Assembly (NCBI GenBank): GCA_951406725.2
Contig: OX597815.1
Location: forward strand, 116,746,001-116,810,000
Length of the DNA: 64,000 bases
Direction of reading: 5' to 3'
Source: Octopus vulgaris
Lineage: Eukaryota
Shown here in pieces: positions 14,476 through 28,006 of this stretch (its first letter is position 1; the number at the start of each line of letters is the position of its first letter). Both the position numbers and the translations under genes were made by a program. The notes beneath the pieces are model-generated. The model searched no databases. It worked only from the letters and a program-made list of their open reading frames with translations, and was not told the origin of the DNA.

Positions 14476-15724
14476 CTGCGTGCATGTGTATTACTGTTTC
14501 CTTACCTTGTCATTGTATGTTAGTTGTGAAATTAGTGCCACTGTCATGCAAACAGTGTCCTTTGCCTCCAATCTTCTGAGTGTTGGGAACAAGAAGGGTA
14601 CTGTTATAAAATCTGCCTTAACAAATTCCATCTGACAAATATGCAAGCATGAAAAAGTAGATGTTAAAATAATGATGATGATGAAGTACTTAATGTAAAC
14701 TATAGCTCTATAGGAGATGCAATGGGATCAGAGACAAAGTAATAGAAATAAAATACTTCATATCAAACAAATGCACAGTGGCAGTTCACAGAGAAAGCAT
14801 CCGTAAAATGATTCTTTTAAATGCCCATGAAGATTCCTGGAAGTGTTGCATATATCACTTATTCAGTAGAGAAGAGGATGGAAATAATCCAAGGAGCTAT
14901 TACTTCCACTGGCAGAAAAAGGGGTTTCTCTCTTAGTGAAGTATAGAGTGTACAATGCTTACACATGAAGTGCAGAGTTGCATAATAACAAAATATGAGC
15001 ACCGAAGGAAGGGAATATATGAAGGCTGAAAAACAAATGAGAAATATGGTGAGCATGCTCTGTTGGATGTGTAATGTGAGTGTGCATGCATGACAGAACA
15101 CAAACGAGCTGAAAAACAAAACTGAATACAAGACAAATCAGCTGCTGTATGCCAGTGAGAAAAAACTGCACTGATACAGATATGTGATATGTAAAGCAGA
15201 ACAGAGTTGGGTAAAGGAATGCCAAGTGATTTGAGCAGAAGAAACCAGCAGCAAATAAGGTTCAAGGAAGATGTGAGGGTAGTGAAGGGAGTCTCATTAG
15301 TGTTGAACTTCATGAATGAAATGACAAAGGGACTGCACCAAGTGGCAAAACACTGTACTGGAGACATATATCTAATTCATGCATGCATGGGAAGATGGAT
15401 ATAAAATGATAATCAAGATGATGAAGATGACAGTGATGATGATGAGGGTGGTTGATGATATATACACCACCTATGACAAATATTCATATACAAACACTAA
15501 TAAGTCATTTCCATTTTACCATTTCTTACTACTACTACTAGCAGCAAACATTTACACACCACACATTTTCAAGAATTCTAACTTGGAGTTTCATCTCCCA
15601 ACAAAATCAATTGAATATATTATTGATACTTTCAAATCATTTATATCTCTGTCACTTATCAAAAGCATTTTGTAATCTAAATAAGATTATTGTAAAAAAT
15701 ATTTTTTCTCTTTGAATATTTCAG

Positions 15725-15942
15725 GTTACTGGAACCGATGACATGGGATACAGATTTCAAAGAATAACACCTACAGCCGTCAGTGCTCAAGCTCCAGTTG
15801 CACCCTCAGTTTTGATGCCCCTTACAACCAAACTACTTCATGGCAAATCTGCAACTTTAGTATGTGAGATAAAAAGTCTTGTTCCTTATCACGTTGAATG
15901 GTCTAAGGATGGGAGAAGAATTGCAAACTCAGAGTATTTCAA
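15725..15942 (+). CDS. HMCN1: Hemicentin-like coding exon (first found in window): end of N-terminal hemicentin region and first half of Ig1
   Basis: tttcag| acceptor; VTGTDDMGYRFQRITPTAVS...SATLVCEIKSLVPYHVEWSKDG resembles the hemicentin segment preceding Ig1 (recalled, not searched); AA|gtaata donor, phase 2. Confidence 0.88.
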
Positions 15943-17199
15943 GTAATAACCTTGTGATTTCTTTCTTCCTGCTTTTTAATAATAATAATTCACCAAACAT
16001 GGCTGTGCAATTAAGTCGCTCACTTTGTGATTTTAGGTTCAATTTCACAGCATGGTACCTTGGGCTTGTGTCATTACTATAGCCCCAAGTTGACCAATGT
16101 TTTGTGAGTGAATTTAGTAGATGGAAACTGTTTGGAACCCCATTGTGTGTATATATATATATCATAGAGTCTCCTGTCATTAGACTATATATGAGGGTTC
16201 TGTAATTTCTTGCTGCACAACCTCACAGATGATTTATTTATAGTGATCAAATGTTTGCATTCACATAAGCTACCTCCCTCCATCAAATCAACATTAACTG
16301 TACAAGTGCACGAAGTGCCATGTGCCAGATGACAAAATGATTACAGAACAATGGGAAATGAAGTGTTTTGCTCAAGAACACAATGCAATGCCTGGTCTGA
16401 GAATTGAAACCATGATCTCACTATCGTGAGTGCAACATCCTAACAACTAAGCCATGTGGCTTCACACACGCATGCACACACACACAAACACATACACACA
16501 CACACATATATGCATGTGTATGTGTGGGTCTTTGTGCTTGTATCCCCTCCGCCACTTGACAACTGATAATGGTTTGTTTATACACCTGTAACTTAGTGGT
16601 TTGACAAAAGGGACAAATAAATTATGTACCTGACTTTAAAAATGTAAATACTGGTATTGATTTGTTTGACTAAAACTTTAAAGTGGTGCCCCAGCATGGT
16701 CACAGTCCAATGAGTAAAGCAAGTAAAAGAAAAAAGATATCAAGAGAAAATTATCTTTGTTACAAATATTTCTGCTGACAACAACCAAATTTAGTTATCA
16801 TTAAAAATTTTCATTAAAAATGCTGTTTTAAACATCCATATTGGATCCGTATTTGATATATAATCTGTACTTTGGATTTTTTTATATATTCTAGCCCTTT
16901 AGCATTCAGATTACTCTGTAAATGCTCTGCTTATTTATTCACATTGTTTAGAATTAATCATGCATTATCTCATACTTTCAAATTTTAATGATGTGATTGT
17001 TTATTTTTAGAATGACAGTGTAGGGTAGATGTGAGAGGTCAGATCTGGTTTAAACATAACACAGGCAGCATATTTAGGCTGGGTATGGCTGGTTTAAATG
17101 CTGAAGGGCTTAACTTGCAATTTCTCTCTTTTTAAGTCAATGCATTCAAAACTAATGAATGTTTACCTAATTCTAATTTGGTGAGTTCTTCCTGTTGCA

Positions 17200-17700
17200 G
17201 ATAGTCTCAGACTGTAGACAACTTAGAGATGATCGTTTGACATTTCAGCACCCACGCTCAGTACAAGAATGTCCAACACTGAATCAAAGAGGTCTCAGAC
17301 AATAGCAAAATCCATCAGTGGCCTCTTTCCAGAGTATCCCTGTATGAGGTATAGGGATATCCCTGTGTTGGAAGATGTTTCTAATAGAAGGCTCTCTGGA
17401 GTAATGTTACTTGACAGGTACATAGCTCAGAGATCAGAGAGTCTCTCCAGGCCAAGCTGCTGCTTCTTTGCACTGAGAGGTCATAGCTCCAGTGCTACCA
17501 ATGTGATTAGAATTGCAAGTTAGATTCTACAAGCCAAGCCAACCAGCTGGAGACCTCGGAGTAGACCAAGAATGAGATGGTTGGATAATATCCATAGTCT
17601 CAGTCGGTCACATTTGAGAGTCCATCTGGAAAGTCTAATGATGGCTGCTCCTGATAGGACCTTATGATTGAAGTTTCCACCTCAACAACCCTCCCAGGAG
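17200..17700 (+). mobile_element. Degenerate RTE-like LINE 3' fragment
   Basis: RPRSRPRMRWLDNI motif near 17550-17595, typical of RTE ORF ends. Confidence 0.45.
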
Positions 17701-17996
17701 GGAAAAGATGGCTGGCTGGCTGGCTGGCTGAATGGATGGATGGTTTACTTAATATCATCAGCAACCATCAAATTGGCTGAATCTAAAATAGATCTATTTT
17801 GATATTTTATTTTTAATATTTTTAATAATTTTGCCATCTGACCAAAAGACGAAAAAAATATAACAATTATATCTAACAGAATGAAACCATTATTTCAGTA
17901 CCTAAATGTTCGTACTTAATAAATTTGTAATTCAATGCTGTTTTATGTAAGAATGTTAATGTCATTATATCACATATTTTTTTATACTACAAACAG

Positions 17997-18118
17997 ATAT
18001 TCTGGTAACATTACATTTCAAATACCAAAAGCCGAACAAAACAATGAAGGTACCTATAGCTGTAAAGCTGAGAACGTTGCTGGAACAAATACTGCCTATA
18101 CAATGTTGGATATTAGTG
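17997..18118 (+). CDS. HMCN1: Hemicentin exon: second half of Ig1
   Basis: aacag| acceptor; YSGNITFQIPKAEQNNEGTYSCKAENVAG (xEGxYxC motif); G|gtatgt donor; phase matches previous exon. Confidence 0.9.
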
Positions 18119-19212
18119 GTATGTAAGCTCAACTCTATATTAAGTATGGCTTATTTATTTTCAAATAGAGAGGAAGTAAGATAGAAAGAGGAAACAATTT
18201 TCAATTGATCCACTTAAAAATGTAGGTAATCGCCTCTATTTTTGTTTTTTTTTCTTTTGGCATGAGACAACACTTAACTATATGGGATTTTAGAATTAAT
18301 ATATACACAAATGGGTGTAGGCAACATGTTAGGGGTTTCTTATGGACAAATTTACATTCAAAACCTGTGAAGCACAATAAATGAGATACACATGCACACA
18401 CATCCACAAAATATATGTGCTTGTGTCACATGCTGGATACATTACACACACACACACACACACACATACACATGGGTATTCTTTTATTCTTTTATTTGTT
18501 TCAGTTATTTGACTGCAGCCATGCTGAAGCAACGCCTTTAGTTGAACAAAACAACTCCAAGACGTATTCTTTGTAAGCCTGGTAATTAGTATATCAGTCT
18601 CTTTTTGCCGAACCACTAAGCTACGGGGATGTAAACACACTGACATCAGTTGTCAAGTGATGGTGGTGGGGACAAACACAGACACACAAACATATACATA
18701 TAAATATGACGGACTTCCTTTAGTTTCTGTCTACCAAATCCCCTCACAAGGCTTTGGTCAGCCCGAGGCTATAGTAGAAGACACTTGACCAAGGTGCCAT
18801 GCAGTGAGATTGAAACCGGAACAATGTGGTTAGTAAGTAAGCTACTTACCACAAAGTCACTCTTGTGCCTATACATACAAAACCTGTGAAGTACAATAAA
18901 CAATGAGATACACATGTACATGTGTAAACATTTTCACATAATGTAATTAATCTATTTTGAGTGCAAATTCTTTTTAAAAAGAAAAAGAAAACAAGCCAAT
19001 ACAAGAGAAATAACAAACAAGTTGCTAAAAATTTGCTCACCATTATCTGCCTGTTTTGAAGTCCCACATAGTTACATGTAATCTCATGTAGTCCCATCCA
19101 AAGTGGAAATGGAAGTAATTACCAACATTTAAAGTAGATCACTTGAAAATTGTCAAAACTCTTTTTACATGATACTATTGGCTGCTCTGTTAATCGACAA
19201 ATAAAGTACATA

Positions 19213-19254
<42 letters not shown>

Positions 19255-19277
19255 GACATAGCATAATATATAAATTT

Positions 19278-19337
<60 letters not shown>

Positions 19338-19621
19338 CATATATTTATATAAATATACATATATATATAATAACAAAATAATAAATAAAACATATGCATA
19401 TATACATACATATATGTACGCACCTACATCTATATGTATATATACATGCATATATAGGCACAGGGCACCAAAAAAATGTTGCACACAATGAGAAACGAAA
19501 ACATAAAAACAGAACCATGGAAATGGACATTTTTTAAACAACGAAAAAACAGGGTACAAGACATACAACACAAGGAAAATTCCCCTTCTTCTATATATAT
19601 ATATATATTATACATATATTT

Positions 19622-19662
<41 letters not shown>

Positions 19663-22144
19663 CATGCATACACATGTGTATATGAATCTGTGTGTGTGTC
19701 TGTGTGCATATTAAATAATTGATAGGGAAGACAGAGTGTACTGTAAATTTTATTTAGCATGACAATTGTTTCGGCTAGCATCAGCATTGCTCTCTAGTGG
19801 GGAGGGAACAATGTAATGGAATGCCTGCCCACAGTGCAGAAGAAACTTCATCAGGTTACATAATATGTTACAGTGTTATAATATGTACATTTCACTACTG
19901 TGTGTGGCAGGATGGTGTTGGTATGATGCATGCATTTATAGTAGTTCACAAATCAATTAATGAGGCAGGATGTTTGGTATGTATTCGAAGAGTGGTAGGT
20001 TAAGAATGTAAAGAATCAAATACAAAGAATAAATGGGAAGGTCAGAATGGCTTTTGAATGAAACTCACTCTTGTGGGGTCCCTTGATGGCTGGTCATGCA
20101 TATCATTCATGGTAACATGGGTACACACACACACACAGAGTCATACATATATATACATTTATATAGAAATATATATGTGAAAAGGTTGAATTATATTTCA
20201 TCCTTTACTTTGGAGGGTTCCAAAGAGCGATTTCTAACAAAGATTCTTCATATTTTGCTGGTAGCTTACTAGTGTAAGATTTATGCAGATATGGAGTTAT
20301 TATATGTATACAGTGTGTTATAAGAACTTATGGAAAAGTATCCCATAGCAACTCAACAAATATGTTAAAAATGGAGAAGAGAAGATGTTAAAATTTGAGT
20401 TTCTATGGGATGCTTTTCTATAAATTCACATAACACACCATATTCATTTATATACATACACATACACAGATACATATATATAGATACTTACATATCTAGG
20501 ATCATCGTCATCATCATCATCATTGCTTAATGTCCACTATCCATGCTGGTATGGGTTGGATGGTTTGACTGAGGACTGGTGAGCCAGATGGCTGCACCAG
20601 GCTCCAATCTGATCTGGCAGGATTTCTACAGTTGGATGCCCTTCCTAATGCCAACCACTCCGAGGGTGTAGTGGGTGCTTTTATGTGCCACTGGCACGAG
20701 GGCCAGTTAGGTGGTACTGGCGATGGCCACGCTCAAATGGTGTTTTTTATGTGCCACCTGCACAGGAGCCAGTCCAGCGGCACTGGTAACAACCTCATTC
20801 AAATGTTGTTTTTCACATGCCACTGGCACAAGAGCCAGTAAGGCGACACTGGTAACAATCACACTCAAATGGTGCTTTTTATGTGCCACTGGCACGGGAA
20901 CCAGTCTGTGGCCCTAGTAACGATCACACTCAGATGGTGCTTTTAACGTTCCACTGGCACAGGTGCCAGTTAGGTGGTGTTGTCATCGGCCACGCCAGCG
21001 AATTTGATTTTGATTGGAATTTATAAATATTTAATACATCACCATGTACGTTTCTATGAACCACATGACTTTGATATCAGAGTCAGTATCCTTGTCATTA
21101 GTACAATATAGTCCGTGGGCAGTATTATCCATGGGTATCCAGTTGATCATCATCATTGATTCATTTTATCAGGCAATACTGCACTATTGGATGAATCACA
21201 GAGGGATGTTTATCCCTTCTTGCCAGTATGAAGGCCAGTCTAGCTATGTGAGTATCTCTGTATGTACTTGGTAGGGGAGGTAGGTGATAGAAGTAGAGGA
21301 AGGAATTGTCATAATATGAGGCTGGAGGTGTGTGTGGTGGTGTTGGATTTATTTACTATTCTTTCTGCAGATTTATGTATGGTCATTCATTCAGCAGACT
21401 TTTTTGTTCTATTTCATTCAAGACCTGACTCTCAATAAATTCTGAACCTAACAGGTGGTCAGCTGCAATATAGTGGGGTTTGTTGACCAAATTGATTATT
21501 ATAACCCCTCTTATGGTGACTTTTTCACTGTTTCTGTTGTTGTAGTGTGTATCATCTTAAACATTTGTATTTTCATTTATTTTCTGGGTTCCTTCACATT
21601 TCTATAGTTTGTTGCTTCTTTTCAAAATATTTTTTTCAAATTCCATGAATGATGTTTTGTTCCTATGCTTACATGATATGACCGTCTCAGAGTGTCTATT
21701 TATCACATTTTCCCTGGATGTTATTATTTTTTTGAGGCATGTGTTGAACATTTATGAAGTAAATATATATGTATACATACATCGTCATCATCATCATCAT
21801 CATCATCATTATTGTTTAATGTCCATTTTTCATGATGGCATAGCGTGGACAGTTCGACTGGGGTTTGGGAAGCCAGGAGGCTGCACCAGGCCCCAATCTG
21901 ATCTGACAGTGTTTCTACAGCTGGATGCCCTTCCTAATGCCAACCACTCTGAGAGTGTAGTGAGTACTTTTTACATTCCACTGGCACAAGCGTCCAGAGG
22001 AATGGACATCGACCATGATTGGATGGTGCTTTTTACATGCCACTAACACGGAAGCCAGTCAAGGCGGAACTGGAATAGGCCACGTTCAGATGGTGCTTTT
22101 TACGTGCCACTGGCACAGGGCTCACAATTAGAATTTCCAAGTCT

Positions 22145-22890
22145 GTAGTGGGGGTGGTTGCTTTGAGACTGTAGTGACTAGAGTAAGAATCGCCTGGGCA
22201 AAGTTCAGAGAGCTCCTACCTCTGCTGGCAACTAAGGGCTTCTCACTCGGTGAAAAGTAGACTGTATGATTCACATGTGCAAACTGCCATGATACACAAC
22301 AGTGAAATATGGGCCATGAATACTGAGGACATGTGTAAGCTTGAAAGAAATGAAGCTAGTATGATCCGCTGGATGTGTAATGTCAGTGTGCATACACGAC
22401 AGAGTGTAAGTATCCTGAGAGAAAAGTGGTATGGTCATGAGGACAGCTGTGTGAGGAAGTGCCATTCCCTAACTGTTGAAGGAACCTGTGGAAGAGGTAG
22501 ACCCAGGAAGACATGGAATGAGATAGTGAAGCATGACCTTCAGACATTGGGCCTCACAGAGGCAATGACAGGAGACCTTTGGAGATATGCTGTGATTGAG
22601 AAAGCCCAACAACTAAAGTGAGATTGCAGCTATGCATGGCCGGCCTTGTTAAGAATACCCCAATGCGTTGGGTAATATGATGTGCTTGAGAAGACCTGTT
22701 GAGTCAAGTAAAACCAATATCATAGCTGTGGCCAGTGAACCTTTACTTGCTCCTGTACTGGTGGCAGGTAAAAAGTACCATCAGAACATGGTGGATGCCA
22801 GGTCCGCCTGGTTGGCTCCCATGCCAGTGGCACATAAAGAGCACCAACTGAGCATGGCTAATGCCAGTACCCTGTGACTGGCTCTTGTGC
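22145..22890 (+). mobile_element. RTE-like LINE 3' fragment (ORF C-terminus plus 3' UTR with tandem units)
   Basis: RVRIAWAKFRELLPLL...SEIWAM...MIRWMC...WYGH...RGRPRKTW, followed by the abundant GTGGCACGTAAAAAGCACC repeat units. Confidence 0.8.
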
Positions 22891-23223
22891 CTATGCTCTT
22901 TGGCGGAAAGGATTAAGAGGTAAAAAATGGAGTGAGAATGAAAAAAAACGGAGAGAGAAAAACTGTGTATATACATGTGCATATATATATAAGATCAAGT
23001 GTCCTTCTCTAGTCATAGGCTCATAAGCTTGGTTCCCTGAGTTCTGTGGCATATATACCCATGCACCCTGGACAGGATGCCAGACGCTCACAAGATTACT
23101 TATTTGTACCAGCTGAGTGGACTGGAGCAACATGAAATGAAGTGTTTTGCTCAAGGACACAACACATCATCCGGTCCAAAGAATTGAAACCATAATCTTA
23201 CAATCCTAACCACTAAGTCATGC

Positions 23224-23273
<50 letters not shown>

Positions 23274-24050
23274 ACACACACACACAAGTAAGTGTATGAC
23301 AAAAGTAATTCAAAATTAATTGACAATCGTTAAATTCCATCTATTTCTTTACTACCCACAAGGGGCTAAACACAGAGAGGACAAACAAGGACAGACAAAC
23401 GGATAAAGTCGATTATATCGACCCCAGTGCATAACTGGTACTTGTTTAATCAACCCCGAAAGGATGAAAGGCAAAGTCGACCTCGACGGAATTTGAACTC
23501 AGAATGTAACAGCAGACAAAATACGGCTACGCATTTCACCCGGCATGCTAACATTTCTGCCAGCTCACTGCTGTCATCATTCTATAAAAAAATACTCACA
23601 TTTATCTAGTCAGAGAAAACTGTCTGTTTTTGAGTTTTACTAATAAATGCATTTGCAATAACCTACATCAACAATCCGACTTTCTGTTGATGCTGGCCAA
23701 CTTTGAAATTTGTGAGTTAGGCAGCCGGTGAAAATGAAAAAAGTTACCTTTGTTGGTAAGCTGGGTGGTATCTACCTATACTTAGTTACCTCAGAATATG
23801 TCTGCAGTTTATAAAGGAAGTCAGTTTGTAATTCATCAGCTCAATCGGTTTTGTTTGTTGTTGGTTTTATGTTTTATTTTTGTTAGTTATCATCCTCAAT
23901 CATCATTGCCGTCATCATTATCATTCACAATCATCATCATCATCATCATCATCATCATTGTCATCAACAACATTGCAGTGAAAATTATATTGATAAAAAT
24001 GGTAAAATTATAATACTGAAAAGACTTTTTAATTTTTTTTTTTTTACCAG

Positions 24051-24237
24051 AACCTGCCCCAACAGTAATTGTCAATGCCAATATGTCAGCCAAACGTGGT
24101 CATAATAAAATGATCACATGCAAAGTTTACTCAACTGCACCAAATTATACTGTTACATGGTTCAAAATAGGAGCAACATTAGACCTACGTTTTGATCCAG
24201 ATGTCACTATTTTTAGAAATGGCACCCTTCTTATTAG
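24051..24237 (+). CDS. HMCN1: Hemicentin exon: first part of Ig2
   Basis: poly-T accag| acceptor; EPAPTVIVNANMSAKRGHNKMITCKVYSTAPNYTVTWFK...NGTLLIR; AG|gtatca donor, phase 2. Confidence 0.88.
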
Positions 24238-24810
24238 GTATCATAAAATGTATATTTTGCATGATTATGTTATTTCTTCAAATAATTTTGTTATTTCTGT
24301 AATTCATTGTAATTGTTTTGGCTTCTTCTGTAGAAGCAGGTTTTAAAAGGTACAGAATGACAAGATTTAAATAGAACCAGATTGAATCATTGCTTTTTTA
24401 TTATTGATATATGCTTAACTTCTAGTTTATAACATATTCTTATATTTTGACATATTTTGGTGAAGCAAATGGTCAACTTTTATCAAAGAGTTATATTGCT
24501 TGAATGAATCAATTGAAGTATAATATCAGTATTTATTTGACCAGTCTGGAGAACTGGAAGCAAAGAATGTGAGATTTCGAAGTAATTTACCATACTTCCA
24601 TTTGCTTCAAATTATTATTATAAACAATAATTAACATATATTCAATGAATGATTAAATTGTTTTTCATATTTTGCTTTGGAAATTAAATATTTTCAATTG
24701 AAATAATTTATCCCTTTTATTATCATATTTCAGTTTAAATGATGCTAACTTTGCTTCAATTAATTTTGAAACTAATGAAGTATTTCATAAAACAAATTTA
24801 TCATTATTAA

Positions 24811-25024
24811 CCCTTTAGCATTCAGATTACTCTGTCATGTGTAATCCTTATTGATTCACATTGTTTTGAATTAATCATGCTTTATTTCATAACTTCAAGA
24901 TTTTGATGATTTGATTGATTACTGTTAGAATGGCATTGTAGGGTAGGTGTAAGAGGCCAGATCTTGCCAGTTTGAACATAAGGTAGGTAAAATTTTGGGT
25001 ATGGCCAATTCAGAAACTAAAGGG
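24811..25024. mobile_element. piggyBac-type MITE, subfamily 2
   Basis: TTAA|CCCTTTAGCATT...CTAAAGGG|TTAA; related copies at 16895-17108 and, inverted, 32291-32508. Confidence 0.8.
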
Positions 25025-25242
25025 TTAAGCTATGGAAGACTTAAATTTAAATCACTTTAAAAGACAAAGTTTGTATCATAAAACCAAGGGTGGATCTCAG
25101 GTGAGTTTGTATCAAACAAGTATATATTTTAATTTTATACAACCGAATCCATGAAATGATTCTTATACATTTTCTTCGATTATATTTTATAACAAGGTAA
25201 GTCTAGTTATTGAATTAACATGTAGAATGTTTTACTTAATAG

Positions 25243-25334
25243 GAATATAGATCAAAATGATGAAGGTATATATACATGTGAAGCTCAAAATGAAGGAGGG
25301 ATATCTAGAAATAATACCTATCTTCGTATTCAAG
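25243..25334 (+). CDS. HMCN1: Hemicentin exon: second part of Ig2
   Basis: aatag| acceptor; NIDQNDEGIYTCEAQNEGGISRNNTYLRIQ; G|gtaagc donor; read manually (the ORF track shows another frame). Confidence 0.88.
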
Positions 25335-26082
25335 GTAAGCTGGAACTTTACAAATTTTTCTTTTTTATTTTGCTTGAGCCCTAGGACTCATAAGACCAGT
25401 TACCTGCGAGATCACAGCATTCCCCTTGAAAGAGATGCTGGTCTCTTGCAAGATCCATGACCAGCACTTTTGAAGGGAGGGAGAAGGGGTTTAGTCAATT
25501 ACATCAACTCCTATACTTGAATGGTACTTTCGTTTATTAACAGTAAAATAATAGAAGGTAAAGTTAATTTTGGCAGTATTTGAACCCTGAAAGGGAAGAA
25601 CTGGAAGAAATGTCATTGAGCATTTTGCCCAACATGTTAATGATTCTGTCAGCTCTCCACCTTTAATGCTACAGTATCATCATCATCATCGTTTAGCGTC
25701 CATATATATAATTCTTCATGAAACCATTTTGTTTTCAAAAATAACAATCTGTCTAATTAATGAGATCAACCCTTATATATAATTAGTTTCTTATTTTATT
25801 GATGTTGGATTGGAAAACTAATTGTAGTCAGTGACTCAGGTGTTGTCTTTTATCTTTTACTTGTTTCAGTCATTAGACTGTGGCCATACTGGAGCACCAC
25901 CTTGAAGGGTTTAGTTGAATAACTCATCCCCAATACGTATTTTAAAATCTAATTCATTTGTGTCTTTTGCCAGACCACTGAGTTATTGGGATGTAAACAA
26001 ACCCACACTGGGTGCCAAGTGGTGTGGGAGGGTGGAGATGCAAGCACAAACACAATCACACACACACATACACATACACAAA

Positions 26083-26120
<38 letters not shown>

Positions 26121-27739
26121 CACATGTATATACAAGTACAGGCATGTCGATAGACACAGGTATGGCTGTGTACATAAGAAGTGTACTTCTAAACCATATC
26201 ATTTCAGGTTCATTCCCACTGTGATACCTTTGGGAGGCATTTTCTACTATAACTCTGGGCTAGCTAAAGTCTTGTAAGTGTATTTGGTTGATGGAAACAG
26301 AAAGAAGCCTGTCATACATATGTATGTATATGTATGTATGTATATGAATGTGTATATGTTTGTGTTTCCTTGTCTTGACATTGTGTGACAGTTGTAAATG
26401 AGTATCACTCCCATCCAAGCCATGTCATTCATTTCCAATATTCTGTAAAAACATGTCTAGCCTGGAGGAAACATTACTTTGCATGGAAACATGTGAGGGT
26501 TGGCAACAGAAAGGGCATCCAACCACTAAAAATCTGTCTTAATAAATTCTATTTAATAACACTGACGATGATATACATGACAGGCTTCCTCTACCAAATT
26601 CACTGACAAGGCTTTGGTCAGCCCAGGGTCATAGTAGAATACATTTGCCCGAGGTGCTATGCAGTGGGACTGAACCTGAGACCATACAGATGTAAAGTGA
26701 GTTTCTTAACCACACAGCTATACTTGTACCTATGACAACATAACCTTATTTTTGTCTGTCTTTATAAATTTGAGACTTGTGCTTTGTAAAATAAAAACCA
26801 AATGTGAGACAGCTCATTCTAACATACTGACTAAAATATTTTGGTTTTTCAGTACAAATAATATTCCATTACAGAGTTGAGGAATTGGTGAAATTGTTAG
26901 GACACTGGACAAAGTACTTTGTGGCATTTGCTTCAGCTCTTTTTGTTCTGAGATCTTGAGAGGTAGGTTTAATCCATTGTCTGGATTAACACCAATACAA
27001 GGTCTTTGCTTTAGTCCCTTTTAGGGAGTTCATTCTGTTGCAAACATTCATGCCAGATTTCTACTTTGCAGAAAACTTCCCTCCTTCTTTCCACCAAGTA
27101 CTTGGGGAAAAAATAAAGGATCATGAGTGAAGCCTTTCCCTCTCTGACTAAATGGTAAAAAGACTTAATGTCTTTTTTTTATTTTTATATTTACATATAT
27201 GATGAACATTATTGGCATATAGTGAGTGATTAAGAATTTCAAACCCTATCATCACCTGGCCCTTGAAATACCTTTAACAGAATTTGGTCATTTGTGACCA
27301 GGCCTCCAGTCTGAGGATAACTTTCTTCATTTTCCTACCAGTCTTAGTGGTCCCTTTAATGGATCCTGTATGTTGCCATTGTTCATGTGACTAAACCATG
27401 ATAAAGAATATAGATCAACATCACACAGAAATAAACAACATAAAAACTGTAGCATTGTTGCATATACATTTTTTAAAGAGGCAAGTTGGCAGAACAATTA
27501 TCATGTTGGAAAAAATGCTTAGCAGTATTTCTTTCGACTCTATGTTTTAGGTTCAAATACCACAGAGGTCAACTTTGCCTTTCATCCTTTCAAGGTCAAC
27601 AAAATAAAGTACCAGCCAAGTACTGGGGGTAATGTAATCAACTAATGCCTTTCCCTCAAAACTGCTGGCCTTGTACCAAAATTTAAAACCATTATTATAT
27701 ACATATTCAATATTTCAAATATCTTTATTTATTTGACAG

Positions 27740-28006
27740 ATACTCCAAAAGCTACTGTCATACCAGAGGTGAAAAACTTTGCAGTTGGTCAAACAGTTAC
27801 AATTAGTTGTTTTTCAACTGGCTTCCCTAAACCAAACCTCTACTGGTTACGTGATGATAAATTGCTTATACCAAGTAGAAGAATACGACTGGATCAAGGA
27901 AATATTACCTTATCAGATCTTAATCAACGTGATGCAGGCCACTATGAATGTTCAGCTGTTAATGCTGCTGGAGGACACTCTGCTTATGTAACTCTTAGAT
28001 ATATTG
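27740..28006 (+). CDS. HMCN1: Hemicentin exon: Ig3
   Basis: gacag| acceptor; DTPKATV...ISCFSTGFPKPNLYW...DAGHYECSAVNAAG; G|gtaaaa donor; phase 1-1, 267 nt. Confidence 0.92.

Noticed and set aside
20680-21000. ~55-bp repeated units resembling a CRISPR array (also 9050-9290 and 34080-34310)
   Set aside because: The units are degenerate tandem copies without unique spacers, belong to a LINE 3' UTR, and there are no cas genes in this eukaryotic context
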